Source of the DNA: Candidatus Bathyarchaeota archaeon
GTDB lineage: Archaea > Thermoproteota > Bathyarchaeia > JAPDIZ01
Reading direction: 5' to 3'
DNA length: 64,000 nt
Assembly: GCA_029259355.1 (NCBI GenBank)
Contig: JAPDIZ010000003.1
Coordinates: 69,181-133,180, forward strand
Each line of letters starts with the position of its first letter. The first letter of the stretch is position 1. The notes beneath the pieces were generated by a model that saw nothing but the letters and a program-made list of their open reading frames with translations, made no database searches and had not been told where the DNA came from. A program made the position numbers and the translations under genes. This document shows positions 38,066 to 47,255 of the stretch, in pieces.

Positions 38066-39019
38066 ATGCGGCGCATCACCATAGCTATCCTCGTCGTGCT
38101 GCTTTCTGCCCTAGTCATCGTTTTGCTGAAGCCCATGGGAGAAGCGGTTAGCAAGCCAGAGCTTGAGTGGAGCAGCGACGTCAAGCCTGGCTCAGGGCCT
38201 GGTCAGCCCCCGCCCGACATGCCTCCCGACGCTGATGGGCCGTGGAATCACCGCATACTGATTGCGTGCTCATCCGATGGGCTATCTTGGCAGAAAAAGT
38301 ACGTAATTTTAGCTGACCAAGCATCTGTTCCAGACGCCATCATCGACAAAGAGGGGAACATACGCGTATACTATTGCGACTACTTCAACGGCGGGATCAC
38401 CGTAGCCATATCCAAAGACGGCGAGAACTGGATCTATAAGCGAGTAAAGGGCTTATCCCCGGAGTGGGCTGACCCAGACGTAGTCATCCTACCCGACGGG
38501 AGGTATAGGCTATACGCTTCATACTTCCCCTTGGTGGGGAGCCAAGACCGCATAGTATCCGCTATCTCAGAAGACGGCATCAACTTCATACCCGAGGAGG
38601 GAAACCGCTATCATGAACCCGGAACTCTGCTAGCCGACCCCGATGTCTTCTGGGCTGGAGACCACTGGGTCATGTTCGTCGATACAGGCGGAGCCTTGAT
38701 CATGCTAACCTCAGAGGATGGGCTCAACTTCACGAAGATTGGGGAATTGGAGCTTGAAGTTGATTCTGGAGGTGTATCTTGCACAATCCCCGTCGAAGGT
38801 GGGTACAGGATATACTTCCACCGCGGCAAGCCTCTTCAAATCTACTCCGCCTTTACATCAGACCTCAAAAACTGGTCAGAGCCAGTGCTCGTGCTTGAGG
38901 CTGGCGAACCCGGGTCACTCGACGAGTTTGGAACCGCGGATCCTGCGGTTGTCAAGCTTCCACAAGGGGGATACCTGATGTTCTACAAAACCTGGATAAA
39001 CCCGCCAAAAAGCCTCTAG
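38066..39019 (+). CDS. secreted BNR/Asp-box repeat beta-propeller protein (putative glycosidase-like)
   Basis: Signal peptide MRRITIAILVVLLSALVIVLL; four Asp-box-like repeats (SSDGLSW, SKDGENW, SEDGINF, SEDGLNF). Confidence 0.6.
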   Translation: MRRITIAILVVLLSALVIVLLKPMGEAVSKPELEWSSDVKPGSGPGQPPPDMPPDADGPWNHRILIACSSDGLSWQKKYVILADQASVPDAIIDKEGNIRVYYCDYFNGGITVAISKDGENWIYKRVKGLSPEWADPDVVILPDGRYRLYASYFPLVGSQDRIVSAISEDGINFIPEEGNRYHEPGTLLADPDVFWAGDHWVMFVDTGGALIMLTSEDGLNFTKIGELELEVDSGGVSCTIPVEGGYRIYFHRGKPLQIYSAFTSDLKNWSEPVLVLEAGEPGSLDEFGTADPAVVKLPQGGYLMFYKTWINPPKSL

Positions 39020-39024
39020 CCACT

Positions 39025-40014
39025 CTACGATTTTACAAAAGCAAGCTTTGGGAAGCGCCTCCCAAAGAAGAAGCCGATTAGGTGAGAAGCCGTCACGACT
39101 GGGTAGTAGACAAGCGATGCCAACCAAACCAAGGGGTTCTTCGTACGGATCATTGCGCGCAAGAAATAGGCTAAGTCTACGATCAGGGCTGCAGAGAGAA
39201 ACGCGTAGACCAAGGTTATGGCAGTCTCTACTCTCAGCAGAGCCCATAGAAGAAGAGAGAGCGAAATCATCAAGAGATAGGCGATGAATAGATTGCTCAG
39301 CAACCGCTTAGCTCTCCACGCGCCATATAGGGAGTCGCAGTAGCCTAAGCCAAGACCTTGCCTAAGCTCCTTCCTCGCTATAGCGCGCAACCCATTCTCC
39401 ACTTCATGAAAAACCACTGCATTAGGCTGGTAGACTATTTGACAACCAAGAGCCTTGAGGATTCTGTGAGCTATTTCTTGGTCTTCACATGCGACCAGCT
39501 CCTCGTTGAAGCCTCCAACAGCCTCTACGACGAACCTTCTGTAGGCGCAGTTTACCGTTGAGAAGTCTTGCCCAGGTTTCATCACTCGCCTCTGCTGCTT
39601 TGCCTTAGCCAAAAACCCCAATTCCCTTACCTTTGAGAAGATGCCTCTAGATTTCATCGGAAGCTGCCTACCTACGACGCCACAAACCTCCTTCTCCTCA
39701 AACTCCGACAACAAGCTCTCAAGCCATCGGGAGTCGGCTACGCAGTCTGCGCTGATGAAGCAAACATACTCTCCTTTCGCACTCGAAACCCCGACGTTTC
39801 TAGCGTGCCCAAAGGTGTGTTTTCGCTCAATAACTACGCGCGCACCCATTTCCTCAGCAATCTCCTTAGTCCTATCTACCGACTCACCATCGACAACGAT
39901 TATCTCATAGGATTCTCGGGGAAGCGTCTGCTTTAGAAGCGAGTCGATGCAAGCGCCTATGCTATCCTCTTCGTTTCTGGCTATGATGATCACAGATGCT
40001 AGCAGTTTCTCCAA
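39025..40014 (-). CDS. GT2 glycosyltransferase with C-terminal transmembrane segments
   Basis: SVIIIARNEEDSI...IIVVDGESVDRT (GT2 nucleotide-binding region); hydrophobic C-terminus. Confidence 0.75.
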   Translation of the reverse strand: MEKLLASVIIIARNEEDSIGACIDSLLKQTLPRESYEIIVVDGESVDRTKEIAEEMGARVVIERKHTFGHARNVGVSSAKGEYVCFISADCVADSRWLESLLSEFEEKEVCGVVGRQLPMKSRGIFSKVRELGFLAKAKQQRRVMKPGQDFSTVNCAYRRFVVEAVGGFNEELVACEDQEIAHRILKALGCQIVYQPNAVVFHEVENGLRAIARKELRQGLGLGYCDSLYGAWRAKRLLSNLFIAYLLMISLSLLLWALLRVETAITLVYAFLSAALIVDLAYFLRAMIRTKNPLVWLASLVYYPVVTASHLIGFFFGRRFPKLAFVKS

Positions 40015-40090
40015 CTACTCACACCTGCGCTAAGCTTTAACTCCACGGCTAAAAATAGCTATTCGCGTTTGCGGAGAGATGCGTTGAAAG

Positions 40091-41230
40091 ATGATCGATG
40101 TTTGCTTGGTTACGCTTAAGTACCCACCGCTGCTGGGTGGAGATGCAAGCCACACTCAGCAACTAGCCAAAGAACTCTCGAGGAGAGGGTACAGAGTAGC
40201 TGTAGTAACGATCAAGCCGAGAAAGAAGCCTTCTTCTCAGTACGAGGACGGCGTTTGGGTGGAGAGAGTTGGGGTCGGTAGCGAGACCACTGAGCTTGAG
40301 CGGTTTTGCCTCAAGAGAGCGCTGTTCATCGTCTGCGCCTTTGCAGCGCTTGCCAAACTCTGGGCTAGAGCGGGCATCCGAACAATACACTCCCACGGCT
40401 GGGACCCCGGCTTGGTATGTGGACTGTTCTCGCTCATCACAAGAGCTAAGCTAGTCCACACCCTTCACGGCATTCCCCGCGTCAGTGGGTTGCTTGCTCT
40501 CTGGGAAAGGCTTGTCCTAAAGATCTGCTCTGCAGCTAGAGCTTTCCTCATCGCGCTTAACCCAGAAGACGCTGAGCTAGCAGCGTCTATGGGGGTTCCG
40601 AGGAATCGAATAAGGACTATACCCAACGCTATCGACGTAGAGAAGTTGTCGAGAGGAGATGCGGGGGCTTTTAGATCGAGGTATGGGGTGAGGAAAGGGG
40701 AGGCTGTAGCTATCTTTGTGGGAAGACTCCACGCTCAAAAAGGCGTCGATACCCTAATCCGAGCAGCACGCCTTCTGCAAGACTACCCCATAAAGTTCTT
40801 CGTCATCGGATCAGGACACGAAGCCCGCAGATACCTCGAGGAAGCTAGGGGCTTGAGCAACCTCCGCTTTTTGGGAGAGGTCCCTGAGGATGTTTTGAGC
40901 CAAGCCTACGCAGCTTGCGACATCTTCGTGCTACCATCCATCTTTGAGGGAATGCCCTACGCGCTCATGGAGGCTATGGCGCTGGGGAAGGCGGTGGTGG
41001 CGAGTGACATTGAGGGTGTGAAAACCCTAGTCAAAGACGGAGAGACTGGTCTTCTATTTCCCCCACGCGACCCCCAAGCTTTAGCAGAGAGGATTAAGAT
41101 CCTCTGCGAAAACCCAGAGCTTAGAAGGAAGTTGGGGAAAAATGCCCGCGAACTCGTGCTCTCCCGGTACAGCTGGGAATCGGTATTGAACAAGCTCCTC
41201 AGGCTCTACGGAGTGATTCCCTTTGGCTAA
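40091..41230 (+). CDS. GT4 glycosyltransferase (GT-B, group 1)
   Basis: FVLPSIFEGMPYALMEAMALGKAVVASDIEG. Confidence 0.8.
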   Translation: MIDVCLVTLKYPPLLGGDASHTQQLAKELSRRGYRVAVVTIKPRKKPSSQYEDGVWVERVGVGSETTELERFCLKRALFIVCAFAALAKLWARAGIRTIHSHGWDPGLVCGLFSLITRAKLVHTLHGIPRVSGLLALWERLVLKICSAARAFLIALNPEDAELAASMGVPRNRIRTIPNAIDVEKLSRGDAGAFRSRYGVRKGEAVAIFVGRLHAQKGVDTLIRAARLLQDYPIKFFVIGSGHEARRYLEEARGLSNLRFLGEVPEDVLSQAYAACDIFVLPSIFEGMPYALMEAMALGKAVVASDIEGVKTLVKDGETGLLFPPRDPQALAERIKILCENPELRRKLGKNARELVLSRYSWESVLNKLLRLYGVIPFG

Positions 41231-42389
41231 GCTATCCATCGCGCAAGCAGCTTCTTACTACCCACCCGACTTTGGAGGAATAGAATCTTACGTCTACAAC
41301 ATATCCATCCGAATGGCTAGGAAGGGACACCGGGTTGTGGTGCTAACCTCAGAGCACCCAAGATGTTCTCAAGTCGAAGTTGTTGAAGGTGTTGAGGTGA
41401 GGAGGCTTAGAGTCGCTAAGAAGTTCTTCGGCTTTCCCCTAATGCCCAGCTTACCCACCCAGATAGCCTCCGAAGACTTCGACGTAGTTCACGGACACAT
41501 CAACGCCCCTCTAGTCGTAGACCTAGCCGCACTAGCCTCTAGGGCTTCGCACACTCCTCTGGTAGTGACCTATCACGCAGACCTGCTCCCCGAAGAAGTA
41601 GCTGAGGGAAGCATAGCGTTGGCCAAAGCTCTCTCCGCAGTTTACGACACATCGATCAAGAGGTGGGTTCTGAGACAAGCTAGAGCCATAATCGCTACCA
41701 CACCCCTCTATGCATCAACCTCACCCTACCTCAGAAAGTTTCTGCGAAAAGTTAGGATAGCGCCTGTTGGGGTGGACGTAGAGCACTTTAAGCCCATGCG
41801 GGAGGAGGGGGTAAGGGAGGACCTAGGCATCCCCAAAGATCTGAGGGTTGTTCTCTTCGTTGGAAGAATGGTCGCCTACAAAGCTTTGGACATTCTCTTA
41901 GCGGCTTTCGCAAAGCTAGCCAAGGCGGTGAATGACGTAGCATTGGTTTTGGTGGGGGAAGGGCCTAGGAAAAGTTGGGCTTCTGCGCTTGCGAGAGAGC
42001 TAAGCGTTAAGAACAGAGTTTTCGTGGTGGGGAATGTGCCTCTTGAGACGCTTCCCAAGGTATATGCTATGTCCGAGCTTGTGGTAGTTCCTTCTAGGTC
42101 TAGGGCTGAGGCGTTTAGCGTCACAGCACTCGAAGCGATGGCTTGTGGAAAACCCGTAGTTGCGACTCGCGTAGGTGGAGTGCCCTACGTGGTAGTCGAT
42201 GGCGTAACAGGCGTCTTAGTTCCTCCGAAAAATGCGGAGGCACTTTGCGAGGCTATGCTTAGCTTGCTAAGCAACGAGGACGAGGCGCGTAGGCTGGGAG
42301 AAGCTGGTAGGAGAAGAGCTGTGGAGCTGTTTAGCTGGGATAGGGTGGTAAACCTAATTGAGGATGTCTACCTATCGGTAGCTGTGTGA
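41223..42389 (+). CDS. GT4 glycosyltransferase (GT-B, group 1)
   Basis: VVVPSRSRAEAFSVTALEAMACGKPVVATRVGG; overlaps upstream GT4 by 8 nt. Confidence 0.8.
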   Translation: MAKLSIAQAASYYPPDFGGIESYVYNISIRMARKGHRVVVLTSEHPRCSQVEVVEGVEVRRLRVAKKFFGFPLMPSLPTQIASEDFDVVHGHINAPLVVDLAALASRASHTPLVVTYHADLLPEEVAEGSIALAKALSAVYDTSIKRWVLRQARAIIATTPLYASTSPYLRKFLRKVRIAPVGVDVEHFKPMREEGVREDLGIPKDLRVVLFVGRMVAYKALDILLAAFAKLAKAVNDVALVLVGEGPRKSWASALARELSVKNRVFVVGNVPLETLPKVYAMSELVVVPSRSRAEAFSVTALEAMACGKPVVATRVGGVPYVVVDGVTGVLVPPKNAEALCEAMLSLLSNEDEARRLGEAGRRRAVELFSWDRVVNLIEDVYLSVAV

Positions 42390-42401
42390 GGCGGTGGTTT
42401 A

Positions 42402-42743
42402 TTGGAGGCGTACTACCTAGCCTTAGCAGCCTTTGGCGCGTTGATGGCTTACCTAACCTTTAGGGAGTATCGAAGGCGGAGGATTAGGCTAAGCAGCTTA
42501 ATCCTCTGGGAGATGCTATGGGTTTCGATCACGGTTTTCTGTCTATACCCTCCGCTGATAACCATAGCCATCGAAGCGCTGAACGTCGCTTTGCCAGTCC
42601 ACCTCTTCTCCGTTGCATCCATTCTGGTTCTCTTCGTGTTGGTGTATAGGCTATACGCAAAGCTTGAGGAGCTCAACAAAAACCTCATAAGGCTTGCGAG
42701 AGAGGTTGCGCTACGCCAGCTCGATGAGGAGCAAAAGAGCTAG
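42402..42743 (+). CDS. small membrane protein, DUF2304-like (GT2-associated)
   Basis: 113 aa, about 3 TM helices followed by a short helical tail; 3' end overlaps the convergent GT2. Confidence 0.45.
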   Translation: MEAYYLALAAFGALMAYLTFREYRRRRIRLSSLILWEMLWVSITVFCLYPPLITIAIEALNVALPVHLFSVASILVLFVLVYRLYAKLEELNKNLIRLAREVALRQLDEEQKS

Positions 42744-43414
42744 AGCAGGTGTCTCTTGACGAAGTCAACGAATATCTTAACCCCATCGAACACCCCAGTT
42801 CCCTTCTTCATCGAATACTCGCTGTATATGGGCGTAACCGGCACCTCAGCTACCCTACATCCAAGCCTAATAGCTTGGGCGATCATGTCAGAAGCCCAAG
42901 CAAATCCCGTTGGAAACTCCTCTAGTGCATGGAGGAGGCGTCGAGACAAGGCTCTGAAACCAGACTGGGAGTCGGAGAGGGAGTATCTACAAACCGCTGA
43001 AGTTATCGATGTGAGGAGCTTGTTGCCCAATCGCTTTACAAAGGGTATTGAAGAAGTGTCACCAGCGAACCTAGACCCAATCACCAAGTCAGCCTCCCCC
43101 CTCTTCACGGGCTCAGCCACAGCTGGTATCTCGTCGGGGTTGTGCTGTCCATCAGCGTCTATCATAACAACTACCTCGGGGTCGAACCTCTTCGCAGCCT
43201 CAAGCCCAGTGTATATGGCAGCGCCTACGCCCAAGTTGAAGGGATGAGAGAGCACTAGCGCACCAGCGTCTGCAGCTTTTTCAGCTGTTCTATCCACGCT
43301 CCCATCGTCAATAACCAAGACGATAGGGCAGTGCTTTAGAGCTCCAGCTACAACATCGCCGACTGTCGCCTCCTCGTTGTACGCAGGTATTACGCAGACC
43401 ATCGATGTCCTCAA
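42740..43414 (-). CDS. GT2 glycosyltransferase, polyprenyl-phosphate hexose synthase-like
   Basis: VCVIPAYNEEATV, VLVIDDGSVDRT, MIDADGQHNPDE. Confidence 0.8.
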   Translation of the reverse strand: MRTSMVCVIPAYNEEATVGDVVAGALKHCPIVLVIDDGSVDRTAEKAADAGALVLSHPFNLGVGAAIYTGLEAAKRFDPEVVVMIDADGQHNPDEIPAVAEPVKRGEADLVIGSRFAGDTSSIPFVKRLGNKLLTSITSAVCRYSLSDSQSGFRALSRRLLHALEEFPTGFAWASDMIAQAIRLGCRVAEVPVTPIYSEYSMKKGTGVFDGVKIFVDFVKRHLL

Positions 43415-43421
43415 GGCTCGC

Positions 43422-45086
43422 CTATCCCCTAACTACGTAGTATGAGCCAATACCCGTATCTGTTATGCGGTTACCCCTAGGCAGGTAAGCCAATATGGGC
43501 ACGTGAGACTCTACCAAAAAGTATCCCCTTCTCCACACCTCGGCTTTGATCACAAGCGTGCTTCCCTCTTCCCAGGGCTGAAGCCTGTACATACACCTAC
43601 ACTTCCCAAACTTCCCTGTGTAGAGCGTGTTTATCCAGTCTCCGCTTTTTACGACGTGAACTTCAGCATCCTGCATAGCCATGCCATGCTGATCTACGTA
43701 ACACCTAATCTCCACGTACTCTCTGTTGCACATTCGAGCAGAGACTTGTACGCCGTAGCAATTTCCAACCGTGTCACGCTTCATAACCCTAATCTCTCTA
43801 GCAACGTATAGAGCTCCCGCTTTGGGGTTGTTGACTCCCAGCTTTTGAAGCAGCAGCATATCCCAGTTGGTGGATTTCGACCAAGAGCTACAGACAGATT
43901 GCGCTGAAAGGTTGCGTAAGATCCTCGTCGCCACCACGTCTTGCTTGAGGTAGAAGCTATAGTTGGACACGTACTCGACGGAGTATGAAACCAGCTCGAC
44001 CCCTAGCACCGCTACCACCAAAAAGGATACCACGAGTGGGGGAACGAGCTTAGCTCTGTTTGGCAGACGCACGCCCCTCTCGTAGAGAAAAGGCCAAAAA
44101 ACCGTAGTCGAAGCAAACAGCGCTATCGGAAGCGAAGCATAACACGCAAGCCTTTCTGGGCTGCCAAAGGTGTAGATCAGCCTAACGTGCATGAGCGAAA
44201 GAGGTATGAGAGCCCAGAGAGCGAGGAAGACCAAAGCCTGCTCGTTTAGCTGCCTTCTCCTCGCAAGAGTAGGGACTGCGAAGAGCGAAGCAACCATCAA
44301 AGCAGCTAAAGACAGTCCGAAAAGGTGGACGTATGGAAAGTAGAGCACGATCGAGGGCTTAGCCCAGACTACTGGAAAGGTGTAGAATCGTACCAAGGCT
44401 TTGGCACAAGCTTCGTAAAGAACTAGGAACAAGGCGAATGCTAATAGGATGGCGGCAAACCCAGCCCTATCTCTCCTCAAAAGCTTGATCGCTGCAGCAT
44501 ACGCCAACACCACTGCGAAGGTGAAGAATAGCGTAGGTGAGTGGGTTATGAGCATTCCTACGATCAAGAGAGCGTAGATAGCCCAAGCTCTTTTCGTAGA
44601 CTCTGACATCGCTATCATCAGAGCAGTAGCTGACAGCATATAGTAAGAGAGTATGAAGGGGTAGAGGCCACAAGCCAGTGCCTCAACCTCGCGAGGCGAT
44701 AGAGCGAGTAACAGAGCCGCTAACCCACCGACTCCATGAGAGCGAGCGAATCTCCTGCCTAGAGCGTAAGCGGGGATAACGAGCAGAGCCGAGGAAACCG
44801 AAGCAAACGCCTTGGTTGCCTCAAAGATTTGGGAGAGGTCTCCGCCTCCCCAAATGGCGGTCGAGAGGCAGAGGAGGATGTGCAGAGCTGGTGGATACCT
44901 CTGCGAGATAGAGAGCTGCTCAGCCGAGAGGCTAGACATACCAAGCATTAGGAAAACGCGCTGTAGGTGAATAGCTGGATCCTCTCCAAGCGGTGGAAGC
45001 GATAGGCAGAGCAAACGCACTCGAATGAAGAGGGCGAGGAGGAAGATCAGCGAGAGCGTGAAGATGGCTTTGCTGGAGCCTCGCAA
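43422..45086 (-). CDS. polytopic membrane protein with C-terminal soluble domain (possible GT-C-like)
   Basis: 554 aa; N-terminal two-thirds strongly hydrophobic; C-terminal roughly 170 aa Cys-containing soluble domain. Confidence 0.4.
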   Translation of the reverse strand: MRGSSKAIFTLSLIFLLALFIRVRLLCLSLPPLGEDPAIHLQRVFLMLGMSSLSAEQLSISQRYPPALHILLCLSTAIWGGGDLSQIFEATKAFASVSSALLVIPAYALGRRFARSHGVGGLAALLLALSPREVEALACGLYPFILSYYMLSATALMIAMSESTKRAWAIYALLIVGMLITHSPTLFFTFAVVLAYAAAIKLLRRDRAGFAAILLAFALFLVLYEACAKALVRFYTFPVVWAKPSIVLYFPYVHLFGLSLAALMVASLFAVPTLARRRQLNEQALVFLALWALIPLSLMHVRLIYTFGSPERLACYASLPIALFASTTVFWPFLYERGVRLPNRAKLVPPLVVSFLVVAVLGVELVSYSVEYVSNYSFYLKQDVVATRILRNLSAQSVCSSWSKSTNWDMLLLQKLGVNNPKAGALYVAREIRVMKRDTVGNCYGVQVSARMCNREYVEIRCYVDQHGMAMQDAEVHVVKSGDWINTLYTGKFGKCRCMYRLQPWEEGSTLVIKAEVWRRGYFLVESHVPILAYLPRGNRITDTGIGSYYVVRG

Positions 45087-45098
45087 CTCCTCCCCCAG

Positions 45099-46514
45099 CT
45101 AGCTACGCTGAAAAGCTTGTGGAGGCCTACCCAACCCCCTCCAGATAAAGCCCAGCTCTATCGCGTGATTTGGGTCTACTATTCCTCTAGCGTCTACTAG
45201 GACGCAGGGCTTCTTAACCAGCGACCAAACTCTTTTCCAGTCCACTTCTTGAAAAGCTCTGTGCTCAGTAGCGACCACCACAGCATCAGCTCCCTCCACC
45301 GCTTCATACACAGACGAAGCAGTCTCTGCTGGAGCCTCCTTCACATACGGGTCAAATGCTACGACTCTAGCTCCTTCTCCGACTAGCCTCTCTATCAGCT
45401 TTAGAGACTGGCTTTCGCGCGTGTCGCTCGTCTCTCCCTTAAAGGCTAAGCCGAGCACAGCTACTCGCGACTTCCTCACCTCTTTACCAGCTTCCAAAAG
45501 CCCGTCGCGAAGCAAATCCAACACGTGGAGGTACATCGAGCTGTTTAAGTTCCTAGCTGAGACTATTAGGCTGGTGTCTATCCCCAGCTTTTCACCCACA
45601 GCAGCTAAGAAAAGCGGGTCTTTGGGTAAGCAGCTCCCACCAACCAGCCCTGGGTTCAATATGTTTACAGAGGAGTAGCCGCGGGACAAGGTGTTGGCTG
45701 CGGAAATCACCTTTCTCACATCTGCGCCGTAAGTTTCGCAGAAGAGGGCTATGAGGTTTCCGAGAGCTATCGACACGTCGATCCAGAGGTTGTCAGCAAG
45801 CTTAACCAGCTCAGCTGCCCTAGGGTTTCCCACGTCGATGGTTTCTAAGCCTAGGCATCTGAAGAAGGCGACGACGCAGTCTCTACTCCTTGGGCCGACT
45901 GCTCCCACGACTACAGGAAGCTTTGCCAACTCCTCCAAAGCCCTACCCTCTGACAAGCGCTCTGGGCAAAACGCTAGGGCAAAGTCTTGCTCAGCCTTCA
46001 GCCCGCTTCCATGCTCTAAGGCTGGCTTAAGCAGCTCCTCCGTAGTTCCCGGAGGAACCGTTGACTTCAGCACAACAACCTGACCAGCTCTGAGGCGGCT
46101 AGATATAGCCTCTGCAGCGCTTCTCAGATACCTTAGCTCCGCGCTTCCATCCACCCCTAGCGGAGTACCAACCGTTATCACTATCACGTTGGAAGATTCC
46201 ACGGCGTAGGCTGAGTCTGTGGTAGCCTCTAACATCTTAGACGCTATGCATGTTTTCAGAGCTTCCTCGAGCCCAGGCTCAAAGAAGGGGGTTTCTCCTC
46301 TCCTAACCTTCTCAACGACTTCTTCGCTCACATCTACTCCAACAACCCTTATCCCCCTTTGAGCCATGAAGGCTGAGAGGCAGAGCCCGACGTAGCCAAG
46401 CCCGAAAACAGATGCGACGAGTTTACCCGATTTGTGCCATCGATCGATCTCGTCGGGCGTGGGTATGGGCATAGAGACACCACACAACAATTGCTCAGGC
46501 TTCTTCATACCCAC
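45099..46514 (-). CDS. UDP-glucose 6-dehydrogenase / nucleotide-sugar dehydrogenase
   Basis: N-terminal NAD-binding VFGLGYVGLCLSAF; central region with catalytic Cys (GGSCLPKD). Confidence 0.85.
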   Translation of the reverse strand: MGMKKPEQLLCGVSMPIPTPDEIDRWHKSGKLVASVFGLGYVGLCLSAFMAQRGIRVVGVDVSEEVVEKVRRGETPFFEPGLEEALKTCIASKMLEATTDSAYAVESSNVIVITVGTPLGVDGSAELRYLRSAAEAISSRLRAGQVVVLKSTVPPGTTEELLKPALEHGSGLKAEQDFALAFCPERLSEGRALEELAKLPVVVGAVGPRSRDCVVAFFRCLGLETIDVGNPRAAELVKLADNLWIDVSIALGNLIALFCETYGADVRKVISAANTLSRGYSSVNILNPGLVGGSCLPKDPLFLAAVGEKLGIDTSLIVSARNLNSSMYLHVLDLLRDGLLEAGKEVRKSRVAVLGLAFKGETSDTRESQSLKLIERLVGEGARVVAFDPYVKEAPAETASSVYEAVEGADAVVVATEHRAFQEVDWKRVWSLVKKPCVLVDARGIVDPNHAIELGFIWRGLGRPPQAFQRS

Positions 46515-46575
46515 TTACGCGAGTTTTATTAGGCTTTGCTTACTCCATATCTCGACCTATCAAGGGGGTTTTTTC

Positions 46576-47253
46576 TTGAGCGAACCCGAAGTCGTGACGG
46601 TTCCTGAGGAAGAGATCTTAGACGTTGAGGTAGAGAAGGACGTCTTAGAAGCTAACAGAAAGCTTGCTGAAGAGGTTAGGAAAGCCCTAGATGCTCACGG
46701 CGTGAAAGCGATCGACGTCATGGGCTCCATAGGCTCTGGAAAAACCACCATCATCGAAGAGCTGGTTAAGCGGTTGAAGACTAAGTACTCCATAGCCGTA
46801 ATCAGTGGAGACGTAGCCACGTCGATAGACGCAAAGAGAATTCTCCAGCACGGAGTGGAGGCGATACAGGTTAACACGGGAAAGGAGTGCCACCTCGACG
46901 CCAACTTGGTTAAGAAAGCGTTGGGGAGGCTCGACCTATCAAAGCTTGACTTGCTCTTCATCGAAAACGTTGGAAACCTCATCTGCCCAGCAGAGTTTCC
47001 GCTTGGAGCGCACAAGCGAGTCGTGGTGGTGAGCGTTACCGAAGGACCGTACATGGTGGTTAAGCACCCCATGATATTCGCTGAAGCAGATGTCGTCGTA
47101 ATCAACAAGGTAGACTTGGCGCAGGCGATGGGCGTTGACGTGGACAAGCTAGCTGAGGATTGCTTGAGGGTTAACCCAAGAGCTAAGGTTATGAAGACGA
47201 TAGCGAGGGAAGGAGTGGGAGTAGATGAGCTGGCAAAAGCTTTAGAGCTCTAG
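46576..47253 (+). CDS. hypB: hydrogenase nickel-incorporation GTPase HypB
   Basis: P-loop MGSIGSGKTT; ENVGNLICPA (HypB metal-binding CPA motif region); INKVDL (NKxD). Start placed at in-frame TTG 46576 to avoid overlap with the upstream gene. Confidence 0.8.
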   Translation: MSEPEVVTVPEEEILDVEVEKDVLEANRKLAEEVRKALDAHGVKAIDVMGSIGSGKTTIIEELVKRLKTKYSIAVISGDVATSIDAKRILQHGVEAIQVNTGKECHLDANLVKKALGRLDLSKLDLLFIENVGNLICPAEFPLGAHKRVVVVSVTEGPYMVVKHPMIFAEADVVVINKVDLAQAMGVDVDKLAEDCLRVNPRAKVMKTIAREGVGVDELAKALEL

Positions 47254-47255
47254 CT

